In this document: positions 25,297 to 37,200 of the stretch, one piece after another | How positions within the stretch are numbered: position 1 is the stretch's first letter | Layout: each line of letters opens with the position of its first letter | DNA from: Eledone cirrhosa | Taxonomy: Eukaryota | Length of the DNA: 64,000 nt | Assembly (NCBI GenBank): GCA_964016885.1 | Contig: OZ024752.1 | Location: forward strand, 21,886,001 to 21,950,000 | Reading direction: 5' to 3' | The notes under the pieces: model-generated | What the model saw: only the letters and a program-made list of their open reading frames with translations | The model's database searches: none | What the model was told of the DNA's origin: nothing | Program-made: the position numbers and the translations under genes

Positions 25297-28200
25297 GTGT
25301 GGTGTGGTGTTGGTGTAATGTGAGGTGTGGTGTTGGTGTAATGTGAGATGTGGTGTTGGTCTAATGTGAGGTGTAGTGTTGGTGTAATGTGAGGTGAGGT
25401 GTTGGTGTAATGTTAAGGTGAGGTGTTGGTGTAATGTGAGGTGTTGGTGTAATGTGAGGTGTGGTGTTGGTGTTATGTGAGGTGTTGGTGTTGGTGTAAT
25501 GTGAGGTGTGGTGTTGGTGTAATGTGAGGTGTTGGTGTAACGTGAGGTGTGGTGTTGGTGTAATGTGAGGTGTTGGTGTAATGTGAGGTGTGGTGTTGGT
25601 GTAATGTGAGGTGTTGGTGTAATGTGAGGTGTTGGTGTAATGTGAGGTGTTGGTGTAATGTGAGGTGAGGTGTTGGTGTAATGTGAGGTGAGGTGTTGGT
25701 GTAATGTGAGGTGAGGTGTTGGTCTAATGTGAGGTGTAGTGTTGGTGTAATGTGAGGTGTGGTGTTGGTGTAATGTGAGGTGTAGTGTTGGTGTAATGTG
25801 AGGTGAGGTGTTGGTGTAATGTTAAGGTGAGGTGTTGGTGTAATGTGAGGTGTTGGTGTAATGTGAGGTGTGGTGTTGGTGTTATGTGAGGTGTTGGTGT
25901 TGGTGTAATGTGAGGTGTGGTGTTGGTGTAATGTGAGGTGTTGGTGTAACGTGAGGTGTGGTGTTGGTGTAATGTGAGGTGTTGGTGTAATGTGAGGTGT
26001 GGTGTTGGTGTAATGTGAGGTGTTGGTGTAATGTGAGGTGTTGGTGTAATGTGAGGTGTTGGTGTAATGTGAGGTGAGGTGTTGGTGTAATGTGAGGTGA
26101 GGTGTTGGTCTAATGTGAGGTGTAGTGTTGGTGTAATGTGAGGTGTGGTGTTGGTGTAATGTGAGGTGAGGTGTTGGTGTAATGTGAGGTGTTGGTGTAA
26201 TGTGAGGTGTTGGTGTAATGTCAGGTGTGGTGTTGGTGTAATGTGAGGTGAGGTGTTGGTGTAATGTGAGGTGTTGGTGTAATGTGAGGTGTTGGTGTAA
26301 TGTGAGGTGTGGTGTTGGTGTAATGTGAGGTGTTGGTGTAACGTGAGGTGTGGTGTTGGTGTAATGTGAGGTGTTGGTGTAATGTGAGGTGTGGTGTTGG
26401 TGTAATGTGAGGTGTTGGTGTAATGTGAGGTGTTGGTGTAATGTGAGGTGAGGTGTTGGTGTAATGTGAGGTGAGGTGTTGGTCTAATGTGAGGTGTAGT
26501 GTTGGTGTAATGTGAGGTGTGGTGTTGGTGTAATGTGAGGTGAGGTGTTGGTGTAATGTGAGGTGTTGGTGTAATATGAGGTGTTGGTGTAATGTCAGGT
26601 GTGGTGTTGGTGTAATGTGAGGTGAGGTGTTGGTGTAATGTGAGGTGTGGTGTTGGTGTAATGTGAGATGTGGTGTTGGTCTAATGTGAGGTGTAGTGTT
26701 GGTGTAATGTGAGGTGAGGTGTTGGTGTAATGTGAGGTGAGGTGTTGGTGTAATGTGAGGTGTGGTGTTGGTGTAATGTGAGATGTGGTGTTGGTCTAAT
26801 GTGAGGTGTAGTGTTGGTGTAATGTGAGGTGAGGTGTTGGTGTAATGTGAGGTGAGGTGTTGGTGTAATGTGAGGTGAGGTGTTGGTGTAATGTGAGGTG
26901 TTGGTGTAATGTGAGGTGAGGTGTTGGTGTAATGTGAGGTGTGGTGTTGGTGTAATGTGAGATGTGGTGTTGGTCTAATGTGAGGTGTAGTGTTGGTGTA
27001 ATGTGAGATGAGGTGTTGGTGTAATGTGAGGTGAGGTGTTGGTGTAATGTGAGGTGTGGTGTTGGTGTAATGTGAGATGTGGTGTTGGTCTAATGTGAGC
27101 TGTAGTGTTGGTGTAATGTGAGATGAGGTGTTGGTGTAATGTGAGGTGAGGTGTTGGTGTAATGTGAGGTGTTGGTGTAATGTGAGGTGTGGTGTTGGTG
27201 TAATGTGAGGTGAGGTGTTGGTGTAATGTGAGGTGTGGTGCTGGTGTAATGTGAGGTGAGGTGTTGGTGTAATGTGAGGTGTGGTGTTGGTGTAATGTGA
27301 GGTGTTGGTGTAATGTGAGGTGTGGTGTTGGTGTAATGTGATGTGTTGGTGTAATGTGAGGTGAGGTGTTGGTGTAATGTGAGGTGTGGTGTTGGTGTAA
27401 TGTGAGATGTGGTGTTGGTCTAATGTGATGTGTAGTGTTGGTGTAATGTGAGGTGAGGTGTTGGTGTAATGTGAGGTGAGGTGTTGGTGTAATGTGAGGT
27501 GAGGTGTTGGTGTAATGTGAGGTGAGGTGTTGGTGTAATGTGAGGTGAGGTGTTGGTGTAATGTGAGGTGTTGGTGTTGGTGTAATGTGAGGTGAGGTGT
27601 TGGTGTAATGTGAGGTGAGGTGTTGGTGTAATGTGAGGTGTGGTGTTGGTGTAATGTGAGGTGAGGTGTTGGTGTAATGTGAGGTGTTGGTGTTGGTGTA
27701 ATGTGAGGTGTGGTGTTGGTGTAATGTGAGGTGTTGGTGTAATGTGAGGTGTGGTGTTGGTGTAATGTGAGGTGTTGGTGTAATGTGAGGTGTGGTGTTG
27801 GTGTAATGTGAGGTGTTGGTGTAATGTGAGGTGTGGTGTTGGTGTAATGTGAGGTGAGGTGTTGGTGTAATGTGAGGTGTGGTGCTGGTGTAATGTGAGG
27901 TGTGGTGTTGGTGTAATGTGAGGTGTTGGTGTAATGTGAGGTGTGGTGTTGGTGTAATGTGAGGTGTTGGTGTAATGTGAGGTGAGGTGTTGGTGTAATG
28001 TGAGATGATGTGTTGGTGTAATGTGAGGTGAGGTGTTGGTGTAATGTGAGGTGAGGTGTTGGTGTAATGTGAGGTGTGATGTTGGTGTAATGTGAGGTGT
28101 GGTGTTGGTGTAATGTAAGGTGAGGTGTTGGTGTAATGTGAGGTGATGTGTTGGTATAATGTGAGGTGTGGTGTTGGTGTAATGTGAGGTGAGGTGTTGG

Positions 28201-31200
28201 TGTAATGTGAGGTGATGTGTTGGTGTAATGTGAGGTGTGGTGCTGGTGTAATGTGAGGTGTTGGTGTAATGTGAGGTGTGGTGTTGGTGTAATGTGAGGT
28301 GTTGGTGTAATGTGAGGTGAGGTGTTGGTGTAATGTGAGGTGATGTGTTGGTGTAATGTGAGGTGATGTGTTGGTGTAATGTGAGGTATGGTGTTGGTGT
28401 AATGTGAGGTGTTGGTGTAATGTGAGGTGTGGTGTTGGTGTAATGTGAGGTGTTGGTGTAATGTGAGGTGAGGTGTTGGTGTAATGTGAGGTGATGTGTT
28501 GGTGTAATGTGAGGTGTGGTGTTGGTGTAATGTGAGGTGAGGTGTTGGTGTAATGTGAGGTGATGTGTTGGTGTAATGTGAGGTGTGGTGTTGGTGTAAT
28601 GTGAGGTGTGGTGTTGGTGTAATGTAAGGTGTTGGCGTAATGTGAGGTGTGGTGTTGGTGTAATGTGAGGTGTTGGTGTAATGTGAGGTGTTGGTGTAAT
28701 GTGAGGTGAGGTGTTGGTGTAATGTGAGGTGAGGTGTTGGTGTAATGTGAGGTGTTGTGTTGGTGTAATGTGAGGTGAGGTGTTGGTGTAATGTGAGGTG
28801 TGGTGTTGGTGTAATGTGAGGTGTAGTGTTGGTGTAATGTGAGGTGAGGTGTTGGTGTAATGTTAAGGTGAGGTGTTGGTGTAATGTGAGGTGTTGGTGT
28901 AATGTGAGGTGTGGTGTTGGTGTTATGTGAGGTGTTGGTGTTGGTGTAATGTGAGGTGTGGTGTTGGTGTAATGTGAGGTGTTGGTGTAACGTGAGGTGT
29001 GGTGTTGGTGTAATGTGAGGTGTTGGTGTAATGTGAGGTGTGGTGTTGGTGTAATGTGAGGTGTTGGTGTAATGTGAGGTGTTGGTGTAATGTGAGGTGA
29101 GGTGTTGGTGTAATGTGAGGTGAGGTGTTGGTCTAATGTGAGGTGTAGTGTTGGTGTAATGTGAGGTGTGGTGTTGGTGTAATGTGAGGTGAGGTGTTGG
29201 TGTAATGTGAGGTGTTGGTGTAATGTGAGGTGTTGGTGTAATGTCAGGTGTGGTGTTGGTGTAATGTGAGGTGAGGTGTTGGTGTAATGTGAGGTGTTGG
29301 TGTAATGTGAGGTGTTGGTGTAATGTGAGGTGTGGTGTTGGTGTAATGTGAGGTGTTGGTGTAACGTGAGGTGTGGTGTTGGTGTAATGTGAGGTGTTGG
29401 TGTAATGTGAGGTGTTGGTGTAATGTGAGGTGAGGTGTTGGTGTAATGTGAGGTGAGGTGTTGGTCTAATGTGAGGTGTAGTGTTGGTGTAATGTGAGGT
29501 GTGGTGTTGGTGTAATGTGAGGTGAGGTGTTGGTGTAATGTGAGGTGTTGGTGTAATGTGAGGTGTTGGTGTAATGTCAGGTGTGGTGTTGGTGTAATGT
29601 GAGGTGAGGTGTTGGTGTAATGTGAGGTGTGGTGTTGGTGTAATGTGAGATGTGGTGTTGGTCTAATGTGAGGTGTAGTGTTGGTGTAATGTGAGGTGAG
29701 GTGTTGGTGTAATGTGAGGTGAGGTGTTGGTGTAATGTGAGGTGTGGTGTTGGTGTAATGTGAGATGTGGTGTTGGTCTAATGTGAGGTGTAGTGTTGGT
29801 GTAATGTGAGGTGAGGTGTTGGTGTAATGTGAGGTGAGGTGTTGGTGTAATGTGAGGTGAGGTGTTGGTGTAATGTGAGGTGTTGGTGTAATGTGAGGTG
29901 AGGTGTTGGTGTAATGTGAGGTGAGGTGTTGGTGTAATGTGAGGTGAGGTGTTGGTGTAATGTGAGGTGAGGTGTTGGTGTAATGTGAGGTGAGGTGTTG
30001 GTGTAATGTGAGGTGTTGGTGTAATGTGAGGTGAGGTGTTGGTGTAATGTGAGGTGTGGTGTTGGTGTAATGTGAGATGTGGTGTTGGTCTAATGTGAGG
30101 TGTAGTGTTGGTGTAATGTGAGATGAGGTGTTGGTGTAATGTGAGGTGAGGTGTTGGTGTAATGTGAGGTGTGGTGTTGGTGTAATGTGAGATGTGGTGT
30201 TGGTCTAATGTGAGGTGTAGTGTTGGTGTAATGTGAGATGAGGTGTTGGTGTAATGTGAGGTGAGGTGTTGGTGTAATGTGAGGTGTTGGTGTAATGTGA
30301 GGTGTGGTGTTGGTGTAATGTGAGGTGAGGTGTTGGTGTAATGTGAGGTGTGGTGCTGGTGTAATGTGAGGTGAGGTGTTGGTGTAATGTGAGGTGTGGT
30401 GTTGGTGTAATGTGAGGTGTTGGTGTAATGTGAGGTGTGGTGTTGGTGTAATGTGAGGTGTTGGCGTAATGTGAGGTGTGGTGTTGGTGTAATGTGAGGT
30501 GTTGGTGTAATGTGAGGTGTGGTGTTGGTGTAATGTGATGTGTTGGTGTAATGTGAGGTGAGGTGTTGGTGTAATGTGAGGTGTGGTGTTGGTGTAATGT
30601 GAGATGTGGTGTTGGTCTAATGTGATGTGTAGTGTTGGTGTAATGTGAGGTGAGGTGTTGGTGTAATGTGAGGTGAGGTGTTGGTGTAATGTGAGGTGAG
30701 GTGTTGGTGTAATGTGAGGTGAGGTGTTGGTGTAATGTGAGGTGAGGTGTTGGTGTAATGTGAGGTGTTGGTGTTGGTGTAATGTGAGGTGAGGTGTTGG
30801 TGTAATGTGAGGTGAGGTGTTGGTGTAATGTGAGGTGTGGTGTTGGTGTAATGTGAGGTGAGGTGTTGGTGTAATGTGAGGTGTTGGTGTTGGTGTAATG
30901 TGAGGTGTGGTGTTGGTGTAATGTGAGGTGTTGGTGTAATGTGAGGTGTGGTGTTGGTGTAATGTGAGGTGAGGTGTTGGTGTAATGTGAGGTGTGGTGC
31001 TGGTGTAATGTGAGGTGTGGTGTTGGTGTAATGTGAGGTGTTGGTGTAATGTGAGGTGTGGTGTTGGTGTAATGTGAGGTGTTGGTGTAATGTGAGGTGA
31101 GGTGTTGGTGTAATGTGAGGTGATGTGTTGGTGTAATGTGAGGTGAGGTGTTGGTGTAATGTGAGGTGAGGTGTTGGTGTAATGTGAGGTGTGATGTTGG

Positions 31201-34200
31201 TGTAATGTGAGGTGTGGTGTTGGTGTAATGTAAGGTGAGGTGTTGGTGTAATGTGAGGTGATGTGTTGGTATAATGTGAGGTGTGGTGTTGGTGTAATGT
31301 GAGGTGAGGTGTTGGTGTAATGTGAGGTGATGTGTTGGTGTAATGTGAGGTGTGGTGCTGGTGTAATGTGAGGTGTTGGTGTAATGTGAGGTGTGGTGTT
31401 GGTGTAATGTGAGGTGTTGGTGTAATGTGAGGTGAGGTGTTGGTGTAATGTGAGGTGATGTGTTGGTGTAATGTGAGGTGATGTGTTGGTGTAATGTGAG
31501 GTGTGGTGTTGGTGTAATGTGAGGTGTTGGTGTAATGTGAGGTGTGGTGTTGGTGTAATGTGAGGTGTTGGTGTAATGTGAGGTGAGGTGTTGGTGTAAT
31601 GTGAGGTGATGTGTTGGTGTAATGTGAGGTGTGGTGTTGGTGTAATGTGAGGTGAGGTGTTGGTGTAATGTGAGGTGATATGTTGGTGTAATGTGAGGTG
31701 TGGTGTTGGTGTAATGTGAGGTGTGGTGTTGGTGTAATGTAAGGTGTTGGCGTAATGTGAGGTGTGGTGTTGGTGTAATGTGAGGTGTTGGTGTAATGTG
31801 AGGTGTTGGTGTAATGTGAGGTGAGGTGTTGGTGTAATGTGAGGTGAGGTGTTGGTGTAATGTGAGGTGTTGTGTTGGTGTAATGTGAGGTGAGGTGTTG
31901 GTGTAATGTGAGGTGAGGTGTTGGTGTAATGTGAGGTGTTGTGTTGGTGTAATGTGAGGTGAGGTGTTGGTGTAATGTGAGATGAGGTATTGGTGTAATG
32001 TGAGGTGAGGTGTTGGTGTAATGTGAGGTGTGGTGTTGGTGTAATGTGAGGTGTGGTGCTGGTGTAATGTGAGGTGATGGTGTTGGTGTAATGTGAGGTG
32101 TTGGTGTAATGTGAGGTGAGGTGTTGGTGTAATGTGAGGTGAGGTGTTGGTGTAATGTGAGGTGTTGTGTTGGTGTAATGTGAGGTGAGGTGTTGGTGTA
32201 ATGTGAGGTGAGGTGTTGGTGTAATGTGAGGTGTTGGTGTAATGTGAGATGAGGTGTTGGTGTAATGTGAGGTGAGGTGTTGGTGTAATGTGAGGTGAGG
32301 TGTTGGTGTAATGTGAGGTGTGGTGCTGGTGTAATGTGAGGTGATGGTGTAATGTGAGGTGAGGTGTTGGTGTAATGTGAGGTGTTGGTGTAATGTGAGG
32401 TGTGGTGTTGGTGTAATGTGAGGTGTTGGTGTAATGTGAGGTGATGGTGTAATGTGAGGTGAGGTGTTGGTGTAATGTGAGGTGTTGGTGTAATGTGAGG
32501 TGTGGTGTTGGTGTAATGTGAGGTGAGGTGTTGGTGTAATGTGAAATGTTGTGTTGGTGTAATGTGAGGTGAGGTGTTGGTGTAATGTGAGGTGAGGTGT
32601 TGGTGTAATGTGAGGTGTTGGTGTAATGTGAGGTGTGGTGTTGGTGTAATGTGAGGTGTTGGTGTAATGTGAGGTGATGGTGTAATGTGAGGTGAGGTGT
32701 TGGTGTAATGTGAGGTGTTGGTGTAATGTGAGGTGTGGTGTTGGTGTAATGTGAGGTGAGGTGTTGGTGTAATGTGAAATGTTGTGTTGGTGTAATGTGA
32801 GGTGAGGTGTTGGTGTAATGTGAGGTGAGGTGTTGGTGTAATGTGAGGTGTTGGTGTAATGTGAGGTGAGGTGTTGGTGTAATGTGAGGTGAGGTGTTGG
32901 TGTAATGTGAGGTGTTGTGTTGGTGTAATGTGAGGTGAGGTGTTGGTGTAATGTGAGGTGAGGTGTTGGTGTAATGTGAGGTGTTGGTGTAATGTGAGAT
33001 GAGGTGTTGGTGTAATGTGAGGTGAGGTGTTGGTGTGATGTGAGGTGAGGTGTTGGTGTAATGTGAGGTGTGGTGCTGGTGTAATGTGAGGTGATGGTGT
33101 AATGTGAGGTGAGGTGTTGGTGTAATGTGAGGTGTTGGTGTAATGTGAGGTGTGGTGTTGGTGTAATGTGAGGTGAGGTGTTGGTGTAATGTGAGGTGTG
33201 GTGCTGGTGTAATGTGAGGTGATGGTGTAATGTGAGGTGAGGTGTTGGTGTAATGTGAGGTGTTGGTGTAATGTGAGGTGTGGTGTTGGTGTAATGTGAG
33301 GTGCTGGTGTAATGTGAGGTGTGGTGTTGGTGTAATGTGATGTGTTGGTGTAATGTGAGGTGAGGTGTTGGTGTAATGTGAGGTGTGGTGTTGGTGTAAT
33401 GTGAGATGTGGTGTTGGTCTAATGTGAGGTGTAGTGTTGGTGTAATGTGAGGTGAGGTGTTGGTGTAATGTGAGGTGAGGTGTTGGTGTAATGTGAGGTG
33501 AGGTGTTGGTGTAATGTGAGGTGAGGTGTTGGTGTAATGTGAGGTGTTGGTGTAATGTGAGGTGTTGGTGTTGGTGTAATGTGAGGTGAGGTGTTGGTGT
33601 AATGTGAGGTGAGGTGTTGGTGTAATGTGAGGTGTGGTGTTGGTGTAATGTGAGGTGATGTGTTGGTGTAATGTGAGGTGAGGTGTTGGTGTAATGTGAG
33701 GTGTTGGTGTTGGTGTAATGTGAGGTGTGGTGTTGGTGTAATGTGAGGTGTTGGTGTAATGTGAGGTGTGGTGTTGGTGTAATGTGAGGTGTTGGTGTAA
33801 TGTGAGGTGTGGTGTTGGTGTAATGTGAGGTGAGGTGTTGGTGTAATGTGAGGTGTGGTGCTGGTGTAATGTGAGGTGTGGTGTTGGTGTAATGTGAGGT
33901 GTTGGTGTAATGTGAGGTGTGGTGTTGGTGTAATGTGAGGTGTTGGTGTAATGTGAGGTGAGGTGTTGGTGTAATGTGAGGTGATGTGTTGGTGTAATGT
34001 GAGGTGATGTGTTGGTGTAATGTGAGGTGAGGTGTTGGTGTAATGTGAGGTGAGGTGTTGGTGTAATGTGAGGTGTGATGTTGGTGTAATGTGAGGTGTG
34101 GTGTTGGTGTAATGTAAGGTGAGGTGTTGGTGTAATGTGAGGTGATGTGTTGGTATAATGTGAGGTGTGGTGTTGGTGTAATGTGAGGTGAGGTGTTGGT

Positions 34201-37200
34201 GTAATGTGAGGTGATGTGTTGGTGTAATGTGAGGTGTGGTGCTGGTGTAATGTGAGGTGTGGTGTTGGTGTAATGTGAGGTGTTGGTGTAATGTGAGGTG
34301 TGGTGTTGGTGTAATGTGAGGTGTTGGTGTAATGTGAGGTGAGGTGTTGGTGTAATGTGAGGTGATGTGTTGGTGTAATGTGAGGTGATGTGTTGGTGTA
34401 ATGTGAGGTGTGGTGTTGGTGTAATGTGAGGTGTGGTGTTGGTGTAATGTGAGGTGTTGGTGTAATGTGAGGTGTGGTGTTGGTGTAATGTGAGGTGTTG
34501 GTGTAATGTGAGGTGAGGTGTTGGTGTAATGTGAGGTGATGTGTTGGTGTAATGTGAGGTGAGGTGTTGGTGTAATGTGAGGTGTTGGTGTAATGTGAGG
34601 TGTTGGTGTAATGTGAGGTGTGGTGTTGGTGTAATGTGAGGTGTTGGTGTAATGTGAGATGTGGTGTTGGTGTAATGTGAGGTGTTGGTGTAATGTGAGG
34701 TGAGGTGTTGGTGTAATGTGAGGTGATGTGTTGGTGTAATGTGAGGTGTGGTGCTGGTGTAATGTGAGGTGTGGTGTTGGTGTAATGTGAGGTGTTGTTG
34801 TAATGTGAGGTGTGGTGTTGGTGTAATGTGAGGTGATGTGTTGGTGTAATGTGAGGTGAGGTGTTGGTGTAATGTGAGGTGTTGGTGTAATGTGAGGTGT
34901 TGGTGTAATGTGAGGTGTGGTGTTGGTGTAATGTGAGGTGTTGGTGTAATGTGAGGTGTGGTGTTGGTGTAACGTGAGGTGTTGGTGTAATGTGAGGTGA
35001 GGTGTTGGTGTAATGTGAGGTGAGGTGTTGGTGTAATGTGAGGTGATGTGTTGGTGTAAAGTGAGGTGAGGTGTTGGTGTAATGTGAGGTGTTGGTGTAA
35101 TGTGAGGTGTTGGTGTAATGTGAGGTGTGGTGTTGGTGTAATGTGAGGTGTTGGTGTAATGTGAGGTGTGGTGTTGGTGTAATGTGAGGTGTTGGTGTAA
35201 TGTGAGGTGAGGTGTTGGTGTAATGTGAGGTGATGTGTTGGTGTAATGTGAGGTGTGGTGCTCGTGTAATGTGAGGTGTGGTGTTGGTGTAATGTGAGGT
35301 GTTGGTGTAATGTGAGGTGTTGGTGTTGGTGTAATGTGAGGTGTTGGTGTAATGTGAGGTGAGGTGTTGGTGTAATGTGAGGTGATGTGTTGGTGTAATG
35401 TGAGGTGAGGTGTTGGTGTAATGTGAGGTGAGGTGTTGGTGTAATGTGAGGTGTGATTTTGGTGTAATGTGAGGTGTGCTGTTGGTGTAATGTAAGGTGA
35501 GGTATTGGTGTAATGTGAGGTGATGTGTTGGTGTAATGTGAGGTGTGGTGTTGGTGTAATGTGAGGTGAGGTGTTGGTGTAATGTGAGGTGATGTGTTGG
35601 TGTAATGTGAGGTGTGGTGTTGGTGTAATGTGAGGTGTTGGTGTGATGTGAGGTGTGGTGTTGGTGTAATGTAAGGTGTTGGCGTAATGTGAGGTGTGGT
35701 GTTGGTGTAATGTGAGGTGTTGGTGTAATGTGAGGTGTTGGTGTAATGTGAGGTGAGGTGTTGGTGTAATGTGAGGTGTTGGTGTAATGTGAGATGAGGT
35801 GTTGGTGTAATGTGAGGTGAGGTGTTGGTGTAACGTGAGGTGAGGTGTTGGTGTAATGTGAGGTGTTGGTGTAATGTGAGGTGTTTGTGTAATGTGAGGT
35901 GTGGTGATTGTGTAATATGGGGTGTTGGTGTAATGTGAGATGAGGTGTTGGTGTAATGTGAGGTGTTGGTGTAATGTGAGGTGTTGGTGTAATGTGAGGT
36001 GTTGGTGTAATGTGAGGTGAGGTGTTTGTGTAATGTGAGGTGTTGGTGTAACGTGAGGTGTGGTGTTGGTGTAATGTGAGATGTGGTGTTGGTGTAATGT
36101 GGGGGGTTGGTGTAATGTGAGGTGTGGTGTTGGTGTAATGTGAGGTGTGGTGCTGGTGTAATGTGAGGTGTTGGTGTAATGTGAGGTGTTGGTGTAATGT
36201 GAGGTGTGGTGTTGGTGTAATGAGGTGTTGTGCTGGTGTAATGTGAGGTGTTGGTGTAATGTGAGGTGTTGGTGTAATGTGAGGTGTGGTGTTTGTGTAA
36301 TGTGGGGTGTTTGTGTAATGTGAGGTGTGGTGTTGGTGTAATGTGAGGTGTGGTGTTGGTGTAATGTGAGGTGTTGGTGTAATGTGAGGTGAGGTGTTGG
36401 TGTAATGTGAGGTGTTGGTGTAATGTGAGGTGTGGTGTTTGTGTAATGTGAGGTGTGGTGCTGGTGTAATGTGAGGTGTTGGTGTAATGTGAGGTGTTGT
36501 GTTGGTGTAATGTGAGGTGTTGGTGTAATGTGAGGTGTGGTGTTGGTGTAATGTGAGGTGAGGTGTTGGTGTAATGTGAGGTGTTGGTGTAATGTGAGGT
36601 GTTGGTGTAATGTGAGGTGTGGTGTTGGTGTAATGTGAGGTGTTGGTGTAATGTGAGGTGTTGGTGTAATGTGCGGTGTTGGTGTAATGTGAGGTGAGGT
36701 GTCGGTGTAATGTGAGGTGAGGTGTTGGTGTAATGTGAGGTGAGGTGTTGGTGTAATGTGAGGTGTTGGTGTAATGTGAGGTGTTTGTGTAATGTGAGGT
36801 GTGGTGATTGTGTAATATGGGGTGTTGGTGTAATGTGAGATGAGGTGTTGGTGTAATGTGAGGTGTTGGTGTAATGTGAGGTGTTGGTGTAATGTGAGGT
36901 GTTGGTGTAATGTGAGGTGAGGTGTTTGTGTAATGTGAGGTGTTGGTGTAACGTGAGGTGTGGTGTTGGTGTAATGTGAGATGTGGTGTTGGTGTAATGT
37001 GGGGGGTTGGTGTAATGTGAGGTGTGGTGTTGGTGTAATGTGAGGTGTGGTGCTGGTGTAATGTGAGGTGTTGGTGTAATGTGAGGTGTGGTGTTGGTGT
37101 AATGAGGTGTTGTGCTGGTGTAATGTGAGGTGTTGGTGTAATGTGAGGTGTTGGTGTAATGTGAGGTGTGGTGTTTGTGTAATGTGGGGTGTTTGTGTAA

